Made by a program: the position numbers and the translations under genes. A stretch of DNA of 64,000 bases from Oceanispirochaeta sp. (GTDB lineage Bacteria; Spirochaetota; Spirochaetia; DSM-2461), in the NCBI GenBank assembly GCA_963663385.2, contig CAXXXD010000003.1:736001-800000 (forward strand), read 5' to 3'. Position 1 is the first letter of the stretch. Each line of letters starts with the position of its first letter. Under the pieces are notes generated by a model. The model did no database searches. It was given only the letters and a program-made list of their open reading frames with translations, and had not been told where the DNA came from. Positions 37,873 through 48,597 of this stretch are shown here, one piece after another.

Positions 37873-39574
37873 CTAATCGAAATTATAGTCGGTTAAAATC
37901 GGCTCTCTGCCCGTAATTTTATCGTTGAAGTATTCATGGAAGGAAACACCCATAAAGCCGCCGGAAATATTCCAGACATTTTTATATCCCAGGTTCTGCA
38001 GAGCCAGAACCGCATTGTAGCTTCTCTGACCGCTCCGGCAGTGCAGATAGACCGGTTTATCCCTGGGGATTTCTTCCACTCTGTCCCGCAGCTGGCTCAG
38101 GGGGATATTTTTTGGCTGTTTTCAGATGAGAGAGTTCATACTCATCCTCTTCTCTTACATCAAAGATGGCTGCCTTATTCTCTATCAGTTCTCTGACCTG
38201 ATAGGCATGCACCTGTCTGAAATCATCATGCATCAGGTTTGTGGCTACATAACCGGCAAAGTTGACAACATCCTTGGCTGTTCCGAAGGGCGGGGCATAA
38301 CAGAGTTCCAGATCTTTCAGATCCCGGATGGTCCCGCCGAATTTAATAACTGTGGCAATAACGTCGATTCTTTTGTCCACATTTCCCTTGCCGATAGCCT
38401 GGGCTCCCAGAATCTTTCCTGTAGGAACTTCATAAACCAGTTTAAAGTGCATACTCCGGCTGGAGGGCATTAAACCGACCTTGTCCCCGGGGATAATTCT
38501 GACACAGTCAAAGTCGATATTCAGATTGGCATTGCGGATGAATCCGCCGGTCAGACCGGTGGAGGCGGCATTATAATCAAATACTTTCAGAATGGAAGAA
38601 CCGATATACCCTCTGTTGTCAATGGTCATACCGTTAATATGGTCTGCCACCCCTCTGGCCTGTTTCTGCGCCGGTCCGGCAAGGGGGAGTTTGAAATAGT
38701 CGTTAAAGAGGTAGCTGTAGACTTCTATGGCATCGCCCACCGCATAGATATCCCTGTCATTGGTCCGGTAGTTCTGATCTACCTTCATGGCTCCGGTTTT
38801 GCCAATATCCAGTCCGGCCTGTCTGGCCAGGTCGGTTTCGGGAGAAACACCAATTGCCATGATTACCAGATCCGCATCAACCTTGTTCCCGGATTCCAGG
38901 ATAATTCCTTTTTCATCAAAGGAGGTTACCTTGTCATTAAGGATCAGATTGACTCCCTTATCATAAATTTCCTTATGAAGTATCTGAACCATATCGTAAT
39001 CGAGTATTCTTAATATCTGGGGCATCGCTTCAATCAGGGTAACGTTGAAGCCTGCTTCCTTCAGGTTTTCTACCGTTTCAACGCCGATAAAACCGCCGCC
39101 GATTACAGAAACATTTCTGACGCCTTCTTCTTTTACCGCTTTTGCCAGTTTTGAAATATCCACAACATTTCTGATCGAAAAGTGTTTAATTTTATCCAGT
39201 CCGGGGATCGGGGGAACAATGGGTTTACCCCCGGGAGAGAGTACCAGTTTGTCATAGGATTCGGTGTAACTGTTGTCTGTTTTTAAATCCTTTACAGTAA
39301 CTTCTTTCTTCTTTCTGTCAATCGATACCACTTCGTTTTCTGTTTTGACATCGATATTGTACTGAGTTTTAAACAGTTCCGGTGTCATGAGGACCAGATC
39401 ATCAGATTCTTGGATAAGTCCGCTTAGATGGTAGGGCAGGCAGCAGTTTGAAAAGGATACATGGGGCCCCTTTTCAAACATGATAATTTGATCTTCTTCG
39501 CTTAATCTTCTTAATCTGGCCGCGGCTGATGCTCCGCCGGCAACTCCGCCGACTACTAAGATTTTTCTAGACAT
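37873..39574 (-). pseudogene. CoA-disulfide reductase-rhodanese fusion, frameshifted near 38110 (real or sequencing error)
   Basis: GGVAGG, SFSNCCLPY, YAPPF, then rhodanese HCRSGQRS in another frame; one extra A in a 6-A run. Confidence 0.8.
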
Positions 39575-39833
39575 ATGGTTACTCCTTATCAAGAATACAA
39601 AAAAAAATAAAGAAAATAGATATTTTTTTATGTATATAATCTTATTTATATAACTTTATCTAAATTATTTAACTGCAAAATAGATGCTATGTCCAGTAAA
39701 TTCTGTAAAATACTTGCCATGACCAGTAAATTCCCTCTAAAATAGAGAAAATCATTGCGATTTCTCTAAAATCGTTAATAATTTATTTAATCAGGATTTT
39801 TATAATTCTAGTTTTTAACAAGGACATTATCAA

Positions 39834-40760
39834 ATGAGAAACAATAAATTTTATTCTGGACTGATCCTTACGGCGCTGGTGCTTCTGACCGCCGTATCCT
39901 GTTCTTTTATTGATTATGCCGAGTCCGGCACCCTTATAGTCAGCGGAAAAGACGCGGTGAAACTGCTGGATAAAGGGTATATCCTTGTTGATGCCCAGAA
40001 GACGTCATCTTACAACAAGGAGCACATTGAATCGGCCGTTAATATTCAGCGTAAGGATATTATGGGCAGTAAGCCGGTTGCCAACAGCCTTGCCTCAGGG
40101 GATACTGTAGCAAAGGCAGCGGGGAATGCCGGACTGACCGAAGAATCGGATATCATCATTTACGACGACAATAACAATATGGACGCTTCCCGTTTATACT
40201 GGACCCTGAAAATATGGGGGCACAAGGGGAACATGGTTATTGTCTCCGGAGGACTCCGCAGTCTGACAGATGCCGGTCTGAGTATTACGGATGCAGCAAC
40301 GGATATCACTCCGGCCGCCTATATAACCGGTCCTCTTGATACTTCGATGATAGCTGAAAAGGAAGAAATCCTGGCCATGATTGATGATCCCGCGGCTGAT
40401 TTTGTGCTGATCGATGTTCGTTCCGATGAGGAATATCATGCAGGAACAATCCCCGGTTCCATCCATATCAATCATGAAAAGAACCTTTTTATCAATGAAG
40501 AAAAGGGGAGCACCTTCCGTCCGGTTTCCCACAACAGAATTCTGTATAAGGAGCTGGGAATTACACCGGAATGTGAAATCGTTATGTACTGCAAGAGTTC
40601 TGTCCGGGCAGCCAATACCTATGCCGCCCTGTATAATGCGGGTTACCGCAACCTGAAAATCTATGACGGCGCCTGGATCGAATGGTCAAGTTTGGACCTG
40701 CCCGTTTTTAAACCCGAATTTACAGCTGAAACATCTGTGGAATCATCAGATAATTCCTGA
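39834..40760 (+). CDS. Two-domain rhodanese/sulfurtransferase lipoprotein
   Basis: Lipobox-like AVSC; DVRS..EY..GTIPG, YCKSSVRA, YDGAWIEW. Confidence 0.88.
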   Translation: MRNNKFYSGLILTALVLLTAVSCSFIDYAESGTLIVSGKDAVKLLDKGYILVDAQKTSSYNKEHIESAVNIQRKDIMGSKPVANSLASGDTVAKAAGNAGLTEESDIIIYDDNNNMDASRLYWTLKIWGHKGNMVIVSGGLRSLTDAGLSITDAATDITPAAYITGPLDTSMIAEKEEILAMIDDPAADFVLIDVRSDEEYHAGTIPGSIHINHEKNLFINEEKGSTFRPVSHNRILYKELGITPECEIVMYCKSSVRAANTYAALYNAGYRNLKIYDGAWIEWSSLDLPVFKPEFTAETSVESSDNS

Positions 40761-40787
40761 TATTGGGATAGTATCGAATGAAAAAAA

Positions 40788-40902
40788 CCGGGATCCCCGA
40801 GCGAAGCTGAGAGGTCGGGGAGTCGGGTAGTCGGGGGCTGAATACCCCTCTCAATCTCCCCGGAGGGGAGACGTCGGTAAGGATTCCCTCCTGCGGAGGG
40901 TG
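40788..40902. repeat. GC-rich REP-like hairpin cluster between convergent genes
   Basis: CCCCGA...TCGGGG, TCTCCCC/GGGGAGA and CCCTCC/GGAGGG inverted repeats. Confidence 0.4.
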
Positions 40903-40904
40903 AT

Positions 40905-42380
40905 TTAATAAAACCGTTCCAGTGTCAGGGCAATGGCTTCGGCCGGACCGTTTTCCTGAATCAGTTTCAGGGATTCATCAAATCTTTCCAGAAAGACCGG
41001 GCTGGTGCGAAGGGTCTGTGAAAAAAGTTCGGGAAAAGCTTCTATGAAAAATCTTCCGCCCTCATCTGCAGCCTTTTTTGCCGCAGCCAGCAGTCGGTTT
41101 CTCAGGGGGTCTTCAAAAAAGAGATCCTTTGAAAGGGCATAGGCCCAGCCTGCCACTCCCAGAGTCAAAAGGGGAGGCGCCTCGTTCTTCTGTTTCAGGG
41201 AGTCTTCTATGGTGGGGAGTATAAACTTGGTGGTTCTGCTGGATGTATCGGTTGCCAGTCTGAGAGTCTGGTCCTTGATCCGGGTATTTTTGAATCTTCT
41301 GACCGTATTCTCCAGGAATCCTGTAACATCAAAGCCGGGAACTTCGCCGACAAAGGGCAGGGCTTCTTTTCTCATCATTGTTTCAACGGCTCTGTCAAAG
41401 GGGGACGCCGTCATAAAATCGCTGGAAAACTCAAGCCCCTCATAAAGAGCCATATGGGCAAATACAACATGCCCGGCATTCAGAAGGCGCATCTTCATTT
41501 TTTCATGGGATGAGACATCCTTCACAAAGTAGACTTCTTCCAGAATATCCAGATCCGGACGGGGGTTGTTGAACTCATCTTCAATTACCCAGAGGATAAA
41601 TGGTTCGCATGGTACGGGAGCATTATCCCTGTAGCCATAGGTCTCTTTAACATACTCCTTATCCGCGTCGCTTGTCAGGGGGGTTATCCTGTCTACCATG
41701 GAACAGGGGAAAGCCACATTTTTTTCTATCCACTCTTTCATTTCTGCGGATTTTTCCCCGGCAAAGGTAAGAACTCCCTTTTTCAGCATCCGTCCGTTCT
41801 TTTCCACATTGTCACAGGACAGGAGGTCATAGGGGGGAATCCCTTTTTCTCTTCTTAATCTCAGGGATTCGTAAATTAAACCGTAAAATGTCTTTGGTCC
41901 GGAGGAGGCTGTCAGGTCATGCTGTATATCCGGATTGGAGAGCTGAAACTCGCCGGTGGAATCATTGAAATTGTATCCCCCTTCCGTCACGGTCAGCGTC
42001 ACAAGGGTTGTCCCGGGATCGGTGAGTTTTTCCATAATCTGCGCACACCCTTCCGAGAGGATATTGTGGGATAGAAGGGAAGATATTATATAATCCCCGG
42101 TTTCATCACAGTCACTCTGTTCCAGTACCGTATAAAGACAGTCCTGCTCATTCAGCAGGGATGCCAGCGCCTTGTCATTATCCCTTGTGCTTATTCCGTA
42201 TACACCAAGATTCCGGGCGCCGCTTTTTTCCATATACCGCTGAAAAAAGACCTCCTGATGGGATCTGTGAAAATTCCCCACCCCGATATGTACGACGGAG
42301 CTGGTCAGTTCACCTCTTTCCATACCCGGCAGGATCGGGGATTTAGAAGCAAATTTCATACTGTTATTCAGTGTCTGCAT
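40905..42380 (-). CDS. Mannitol dehydrogenase family oxidoreductase
   Basis: HIGVGNFHRSHQ, TVTEGGY, SCDN, MVDRITP, KMRLLNAGH. Confidence 0.92.
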   Translation of the reverse strand: MQTLNNSMKFASKSPILPGMERGELTSSVVHIGVGNFHRSHQEVFFQRYMEKSGARNLGVYGISTRDNDKALASLLNEQDCLYTVLEQSDCDETGDYIISSLLSHNILSEGCAQIMEKLTDPGTTLVTLTVTEGGYNFNDSTGEFQLSNPDIQHDLTASSGPKTFYGLIYESLRLRREKGIPPYDLLSCDNVEKNGRMLKKGVLTFAGEKSAEMKEWIEKNVAFPCSMVDRITPLTSDADKEYVKETYGYRDNAPVPCEPFILWVIEDEFNNPRPDLDILEEVYFVKDVSSHEKMKMRLLNAGHVVFAHMALYEGLEFSSDFMTASPFDRAVETMMRKEALPFVGEVPGFDVTGFLENTVRRFKNTRIKDQTLRLATDTSSRTTKFILPTIEDSLKQKNEAPPLLTLGVAGWAYALSKDLFFEDPLRNRLLAAAKKAADEGGRFFIEAFPELFSQTLRTSPVFLERFDESLKLIQENGPAEAIALTLERFY

Positions 42381-42412
42381 AGTGATCTCCCAAAAAATCA
42401 GATTTTAACACG

Positions 42413-42442
42413 TAATCGATTAAATATCCAGTTAATCGATTA
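42413..42442. promoter_or_regulatory. Two palindromic TAATCGATTA boxes (LacI-type operator-like)
   Basis: Boxes at 42413-42422 and 42433-42442, upstream of the mannitol dehydrogenase gene. Confidence 0.55.
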
Positions 42443-42507
42443 TATCACTACTTAGAGTGATATACGCAAGCCCCCATTTCCTGCAATTCTCCGGATATAA
42501 CGGAATT

Positions 42508-43683
42508 TCATGATATTTTTATAATGCTGTTCCCGTTTTTGATAATTGATCTGTAAATTTCTGCAGCCATTATCAGCTGTTCAATCCTGATGCACTCGTT
42601 TGGTTTGTGGGCCAGGCTGATATCTCCGGGACCGAGGATGACAGTGGGAATCCCCGATTTCCCCGCACTGGCCAGGGCATTGCAGCCGTAAGGGGCGGCA
42701 TACAACTCAACATCCATTCCATTTTCCATTAAGGACTTTTCTACAAGGGAAACAAATGGACTTTCCTTATCCCCCCGCCAGCCGGGAAGGAAATCCTCCA
42801 TGATCATCCGCTTACCCGTATAGGACAGAAGATCATACCGGGCAATCTTCAACTGAATTTTATTCCTGTCCCCGAGAGCCGTTTCCAGGCGTTTTATAAA
42901 GCCTTCCCTTGTTTCTCCCTGGAGCAGACGACACTCCCATAAACTCCGGCATTCACCGGGAACGGAGCCGTTGCCGGGGGAGGGAAGGGAGCTTATCTCC
43001 ACCAGTTCAATCACTTCTTCTCCCAGAAAAGGGTCTGTCCGGCGTGGGATCTTTCTGATTTTCTCAACCGCCTCTGTCATCCTGTATACGGCATTATCTC
43101 CCAGATCGGGGCGGCTGCTGTGGGCGACCCTGCCGTAACTGGTTATCTCAATCCCTGCCCGTCCCTTTTCGGCTATACCCAGTTTCAGATCAGTAGGTTC
43201 TCCTATCACAACGGCATCCACCTTATAGCGGTCCAGGATGCTGCTGAAAGCTGTTCCAATGAGCAGCTCCTCCGCCACGCTGGCGGATACCAGAACGGTC
43301 CCTGCAAAATCCGTTCGTTTAAGGAAGGCCGGTGCACAGATCATGGCGGCAAGGGCTCCCTTCATATCGCTGGCGCCTCTCCCCCAGATTCTGTTTTCCC
43401 CTATTATTCCCCCATAGGGGTCGTGTTTCCATAAACCGGGATCCCGAACAGGAACAGCATCCATATGCCCGTCAAAGAGAAGGACAGGGCCCGGAGAGGC
43501 TCCCTTTAATTGACCGGTTACATTTCCAAAGTCGTCAACAACCACTTTATCGTATCCCAGTTCTTCCATCTTTCCTTTTACAATGCGGGCGGTGTTTCCT
43601 TCATTTCCCGATTCTCCGTGGGATCGGATAAGTTCCTGTGTAAAGGAGATGATTTCCTCTTTCTGTTTCGGGCTCAGGTTCAT
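42508..43683 (-). CDS. M20 metallohydrolase (YgeY/ArgE/DapE family)
   Basis: DGHMD, GRGASDMKG, EE, GEPT, AHSS, AH.PNE. Confidence 0.88.
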   Translation of the reverse strand: MNLSPKQKEEIISFTQELIRSHGESGNEGNTARIVKGKMEELGYDKVVVDDFGNVTGQLKGASPGPVLLFDGHMDAVPVRDPGLWKHDPYGGIIGENRIWGRGASDMKGALAAMICAPAFLKRTDFAGTVLVSASVAEELLIGTAFSSILDRYKVDAVVIGEPTDLKLGIAEKGRAGIEITSYGRVAHSSRPDLGDNAVYRMTEAVEKIRKIPRRTDPFLGEEVIELVEISSLPSPGNGSVPGECRSLWECRLLQGETREGFIKRLETALGDRNKIQLKIARYDLLSYTGKRMIMEDFLPGWRGDKESPFVSLVEKSLMENGMDVELYAAPYGCNALASAGKSGIPTVILGPGDISLAHKPNECIRIEQLIMAAEIYRSIIKNGNSIIKIS

Positions 43684-43825
43684 GGGGATGGTACTTCCTT
43701 TGTTCTCCCTTTCGAATTTGTAAACAATTGTGCGCCTGTTTTTTAACATAGGCAATACGGTGCATACAAACTTTTCTGTTAATGGTACGTTTAATACAGG
43801 ATTAATTTCAAAAGGAGACTGGCAT

Positions 43826-44656
43826 ATGAAACTGACAGTACTGGTGGATAATAATACACTGATCGACCGTTACTTTACGGGAGAACCGGGGCTCTGTTTT
43901 CACATACAGGATGGTCATACAAATCTTCTGCTGGATGTGGGGTATTCGGATATCTTTATAGGGAATGCTAATAAAATGAAACTCTCCCTGAGGAACCTGG
44001 ACTACCTCGTTTTATCCCACAGTCATCTGGATCACACCTGGGGACTGGAGCCTTTGATAAGGTATTACACGGAAATGAAAATTGAAAATATCCCCCACAG
44101 GGTTCCCGTTCTCATGGGGCATACAGAACTGTTTAAAACTGTTGCGGCTCCGGATATTCCGGAAATAGGATGCCTTCTGCCGGAAGAGAAACTGCGTCGT
44201 CATTTTGAAATGAGTCTGGAAAGAACGCCTCAATGGATCAGTGAGAACCTGGTTTTTCTGGGGGAGATCCCGCGGGTAAACAGTTTTGAGGGGACCCATA
44301 CATTCGGCAGAAAGGAGGGGGCGGACGAGGACGATCCGGTTCCGGAAGATTCCGCCCTTGTCTATAAATCCTCCAGAGGTCTGGTTGTAATAACCGGCTG
44401 CTCCCATTCCGGTATCTGTAATATTGCAGAGTATGCCAGAGAGGTCTGCCGTGAGGAACGGGTCTATGATATTATCGGCGGCTTTCACCTGTTGTCGCCT
44501 TCTGAAAAACAGATTCAGGGGACAATGGATTATTTCAGGCAGCTGAAACCTCATGTAATACACCCCTGTCACTGTACGGATCTGTCTTCAAAAATCAGAC
44601 TGGCTTCTGCGGCGCCGCTGGAAGAAGTGGGGGTAGGTCTGATCCTGAACTATTGA
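43826..44656 (+). CDS. MBL-fold metallohydrolase
   Basis: SHSHLDH, TGCSHSG, GGFHL, PCHCT; AAGGAG RBS. Confidence 0.88.
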   Translation: MKLTVLVDNNTLIDRYFTGEPGLCFHIQDGHTNLLLDVGYSDIFIGNANKMKLSLRNLDYLVLSHSHLDHTWGLEPLIRYYTEMKIENIPHRVPVLMGHTELFKTVAAPDIPEIGCLLPEEKLRRHFEMSLERTPQWISENLVFLGEIPRVNSFEGTHTFGRKEGADEDDPVPEDSALVYKSSRGLVVITGCSHSGICNIAEYAREVCREERVYDIIGGFHLLSPSEKQIQGTMDYFRQLKPHVIHPCHCTDLSSKIRLASAAPLEEVGVGLILNY

Positions 44657-44741
44657 TTATTATAAGGTAGAAATGCAAATACCAATCTACTAAGGTTTTA
44701 TATAGAGAGCATGATCCTGTGACTGTTTCAAGGAGGATTCT

Positions 44742-45881
44742 ATGAAAAAAGAGGGTAAAACTCTTGCGGGACTATTAGTATTTGTTCTGCCCGGTCTGCT
44801 GTTTGCTCAGGTAACAATAAAACCTCCCACGGTTGTACCGGGAAGCAGCGACTTCGGTTTGGCTGTGGAACAGGCTATAAACGAGATCCTGATTTTTGCC
44901 TCTCTGGAGATGCAGAACCAGATCAATACGGAAATCGATCCCTATCTGGGACAGGACGATCTGGCCCGGGGATTTGCCAATGCGGGAGCTTCGGCGGCTC
45001 ACATCGGAACCCAGAGGAGTTTTAACGATTATAAAATTTTTGCCTTTACCCTGGGAACCGGTTTTGCCCTGTCCGCCCCTTCCAGCGATCCCGCCCTGAT
45101 AGAACAGGCCATAAACGATATAGAGGATGAGGGGGACATCTACTTCGGTGCAGCCGCACAGCCCATAGCCGCCTCTCTGGGGATCAATCTGGGGCATTTT
45201 GTAGATAACCTGTACGGCACCATTAAATTCGGTTACGCCGATATTCAGGAAGGCACACTGACAGAGGACTTTTCCTTTAAATCCCTGAGTCTGGGGGCCA
45301 TGCTGGATTATCAGCTGCTGAAGGCACGGCAGATGCCCCTCGGTTTTCTCCGCTGGCGCGGCCTTTCTGCTGGAACCGGGCTCCTTTATCAGCGCAATGA
45401 GTCCATTTTTGTAATCAATTTTCCCGTTGATCCGGTGGAAACCGATACGGTTGATCTCCCGGATCCCCATACGGATCTGACTGCTGTACTGGAGGTGGAT
45501 CCTGAACTAACCCTCGGCGCTTCATCCAGCTCCTGGTCCATTCCCATCGAGGCAACCACCGGGCTTCGTATCCTGTGGCTCCTGGACATTAATCTGGGGG
45601 CGGGCGTCGACCTGGCATTCGGCGGTTCCGATATTGATGTTACTATAGGAAGCCCTGTCCGGGCCTCCCAGTCCAGCGACTATAACATGAGCTTTACAGA
45701 GGGCTCTGTAGAAATAGATGCGGGGACGGAAGGAGAGGGGCCGCAATTTGTACGGCCCAGGCTTACAGCGGGACTGAGCCTTAATCTGGGGCTTGTCAAA
45801 CTGGATGTCCCCTTTATGTACTACTTCGATACGGAAGGAAACAGCGCCATGGTTGGTGTAAATGCGGGGATTGTCTGGTAA
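44742..45881 (+). CDS. Putative outer-membrane beta-barrel protein
   Basis: Signal peptide; alternating beta-strand pattern; C-terminal Trp. Confidence 0.55.
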   Translation: MKKEGKTLAGLLVFVLPGLLFAQVTIKPPTVVPGSSDFGLAVEQAINEILIFASLEMQNQINTEIDPYLGQDDLARGFANAGASAAHIGTQRSFNDYKIFAFTLGTGFALSAPSSDPALIEQAINDIEDEGDIYFGAAAQPIAASLGINLGHFVDNLYGTIKFGYADIQEGTLTEDFSFKSLSLGAMLDYQLLKARQMPLGFLRWRGLSAGTGLLYQRNESIFVINFPVDPVETDTVDLPDPHTDLTAVLEVDPELTLGASSSSWSIPIEATTGLRILWLLDINLGAGVDLAFGGSDIDVTIGSPVRASQSSDYNMSFTEGSVEIDAGTEGEGPQFVRPRLTAGLSLNLGLVKLDVPFMYYFDTEGNSAMVGVNAGIVW

Positions 45882-46110
45882 AAAGGACAGAGTCATACAT
45901 AAAACACCCTACAGCAGTCGAACTGCCGGAGGAGTGAAACTACCGGGTAATTCGGCTTTTTACTGAACCCTTGTGTCTTGTATTAATGTTTCCACACCAT
46001 ATATATTATAGGGACGAATAAAAAACGGGACGTTTCCGGCTAAACATATCTGTTTAAATATAATAAACCGGAATATCCCTTCCAGATAAAAAATTGGAGT
46101 AAAAACAGTT

Positions 46111-47280
46111 ATGAAAACGAATGATTTTGAAGAAAAAGAAGAAAATTTTGCAGACCTTTTTGAAAATAGTATCGCTGAAATAGACTCTTTTGAACCGGGA
46201 CAGCAGGTTGAGACGGAAATCGTTTCCATTTCCGGCAATACCATCTTCCTTCAGTTGAGCGGAAAAAGCGAAGGTGTTATGGATATTGAAGAAATGATGG
46301 ATAAGGATGGTAATGTCACTGTTCAGGAGGGTGAAACCATCAAGGTGTATTTTCTTAATGCAGAAAACGGCGAAATGCATTTTACAACCCGTATCAGCGG
46401 TGAAAAAGCCGGAAAGGCCGTTCTGGAAAATGCCTTTGAAAACGGCATCCCCGTAGAAGGTGTTGTTGAAAAAGAGATAAAGGGCGGATTTGAAATAAAG
46501 ATAGGCGATTCCAGAGCCTTCTGCCCCTATTCCCAGATAGGCCTGAAACGTGTGGAGAATGCCGCCGAGTATATCGGGCAGCACCTTACTTTTAAAATCA
46601 TTGAACACAGTGAAAGAGGACGGAATATCCTTGTTTCCAGCAGAGCCATACTGGAAGATGAGCATAAGAAACAGATTGAAGTTCTGAAAGAGACCCTGAA
46701 GAAGGGTGCCGCCGTTAAGGGTACTGTCAAGTCCCTTAGAGACTTTGGCGCTTTTGTCGATATTGATGGTATACAGGCTTTGCTCCCCATTTCGGAAATC
46801 AGCAGAAGCCGTGTAGACGATATTAAAACCGTTCTATCCGTGGGACAGGAGATCGAAGCGGTTATCCTTAACCTTGACTGGCAGAATGAGCGTATTTCGG
46901 TCAGTATGAAATCTCTGGAAGCCGATCCCTGGGACAAGGCAAAAGCAAATTATCCCGAAGGCTCCAAACATACCGGTACAATTGTACGGATTACGGAGTT
47001 TGGCGCATTTGTCTCCCTGGAACCGGGACTGGACGGACTGATCCATGTTTCCGAACTGAAAGGGGATGATCCCCGGGAGGATAATCCTCAGTATACTCTG
47101 AAAAAGGGCGATTCCATTGATATTCAGATCAACAGTGTGGATGAGGAGACAAAAAGAATTTCCCTCCGACCGGCTTCCAGGGCGAAGGAAGAGGAGAGCT
47201 TTAAAAAATATATGGAAAGTGATACGGAAACCTATAATCCATTTGCCGCACTACTGAAAGACAGAATGGATAAAAAATAA
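46111..47280 (+). CDS. Ribosomal protein S1-like protein with four S1 domains
   Basis: AFCPYSQI, DFGAFVDI, EFGAFVSLEPGLDGLIHVSEL; NPFA tail. Confidence 0.85.
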   Translation: MKTNDFEEKEENFADLFENSIAEIDSFEPGQQVETEIVSISGNTIFLQLSGKSEGVMDIEEMMDKDGNVTVQEGETIKVYFLNAENGEMHFTTRISGEKAGKAVLENAFENGIPVEGVVEKEIKGGFEIKIGDSRAFCPYSQIGLKRVENAAEYIGQHLTFKIIEHSERGRNILVSSRAILEDEHKKQIEVLKETLKKGAAVKGTVKSLRDFGAFVDIDGIQALLPISEISRSRVDDIKTVLSVGQEIEAVILNLDWQNERISVSMKSLEADPWDKAKANYPEGSKHTGTIVRITEFGAFVSLEPGLDGLIHVSELKGDDPREDNPQYTLKKGDSIDIQINSVDEETKRISLRPASRAKEEESFKKYMESDTETYNPFAALLKDRMDKK

Positions 47281-47313
47281 TCCTGCTTGAGAATTATCCG
47301 ACCTGTAAAATCG

Positions 47314-47354
47314 CCTGGTTTCCCGAGCGTAGTCGAGGGGAAACCGGTTTTTTT
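47314..47354 (+). terminator. Rho-independent terminator with REP-like core
   Basis: GGTTTCCC-GAGCGTAGTCGAG-GGGAAACC followed by a T run. Confidence 0.65.
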
Positions 47355-47386
47355 ATGGGATATACTGTTGAGCCCGACAAATTCTG

Positions 47387-48100
47387 TCAAAGGCTCAGTT
47401 TCATAACGTCCAGAAAACGTTCCAGAGTGGTGTTGGCGATCAGTTCTTCCGGAAACTGAAGTTCCTTCAGAAGTTTTTCACTGAAATCTGTTTCTCCCAC
47501 ACGGGAACTGTAGTGGGCATCACTGCCCAGTGTGATCATGACACCCTGTTTCCGGCACTCCGAAAGGATATTCCTGCAGTTTTCCTCGGCACCGACCCGG
47601 AATCCCCTGGGGCTTAAGCTGGTATTATTGACTTCAATAAGGGTTCCCGTCTCTCCCGCCGCTTTGATTACAGATGGTATATCAAAGGGAAAACGGCTGT
47701 CATCGGGATGTCCCAGTATTTTTACATGGGGGTTTTTCGCTGCACATATCAGTGCATTTGTATGCTCTTCCATGGTTCCGGGAGGGAAGGTGGGGATATG
47801 GAGGGAGGCAATGACGACTTCCAGCTGCTGGAGAACATCATTGTCCATATCAATTTCTCCGCTGCTGTCAATTATGTTGGCTTCCGCTCCGTGAAATACC
47901 AGTGTCCCGTGGATCTTGCGGGGAAGCACCCTCAGGTTATAAAAATGGTAAAGGTGGGCCCCTCCGGGCATCCCCGGGCTGTGATCGGTCAAAACAAAAC
48001 CCTCAAGTCCCTGTTTCCGGGCGGCCTGGGCCATCTCTTCCAGAGTAGAGTAGGCGTGTCCCGAGGCAATGGAATGTGTATGTGTATCAATCGCTATCAT
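47387..48100 (-). CDS. PHP-family phosphatase (YcdX-like)
   Basis: DTHTHSIASGHAYST, TDH, GHPD, GSDAH. Confidence 0.88.
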   Translation of the reverse strand: MIAIDTHTHSIASGHAYSTLEEMAQAARKQGLEGFVLTDHSPGMPGGAHLYHFYNLRVLPRKIHGTLVFHGAEANIIDSSGEIDMDNDVLQQLEVVIASLHIPTFPPGTMEEHTNALICAAKNPHVKILGHPDDSRFPFDIPSVIKAAGETGTLIEVNNTSLSPRGFRVGAEENCRNILSECRKQGVMITLGSDAHYSSRVGETDFSEKLLKELQFPEELIANTTLERFLDVMKLSL

Positions 48101-48253
48101 GGGGACAGTGTTTCTTTTTTATCCTGAAAATGCAAGACATGGGCGAAAATTCTCTCCCGAATAGGGAACTGTTCCTGTTATAATGTAAAATATTGCCTGT
48201 ACACGGCAACAATGGATGACCGGATAAGGGTTAAACTTCTATAAGGAGTCATT

Positions 48254-48565
48254 ATGAAAAATCGAGATTTTATCATTATTGTTCTGCTGGTACTGATTCT
48301 TCTGACGGGCTGTACGGCAGGTCCGAACAGTTACAGGGGAATTCCGGACGGAGAGGGAAATACGGCAGGATTCCTGTTGGGGGTCTGGCATGGGGCTATC
48401 TCGTTTATAACTTTTATCATATCCCTGTTTAATGATAAGGTAAGTGTCTATGAAGTCCATAATAACGGCGGATGGTATAACCTGGGATTTATTCTGGGGA
48501 TTACGATAGCCTACGGCAGCAGCGGCAAAACCACGGGCTGCGGCAGGAGAAAAAGGAAATTCTGA
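48254..48565 (+). CDS. Small lipoprotein/membrane protein of unknown function
   Basis: LLTGC lipobox; two hydrophobic segments; AAGGAG RBS. Confidence 0.75.
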   Translation: MKNRDFIIIVLLVLILLTGCTAGPNSYRGIPDGEGNTAGFLLGVWHGAISFITFIISLFNDKVSVYEVHNNGGWYNLGFILGITIAYGSSGKTTGCGRRKRKF

Positions 48566-48597
48566 AAATACGGAAACAAAACCGGACAGGAGGGATT

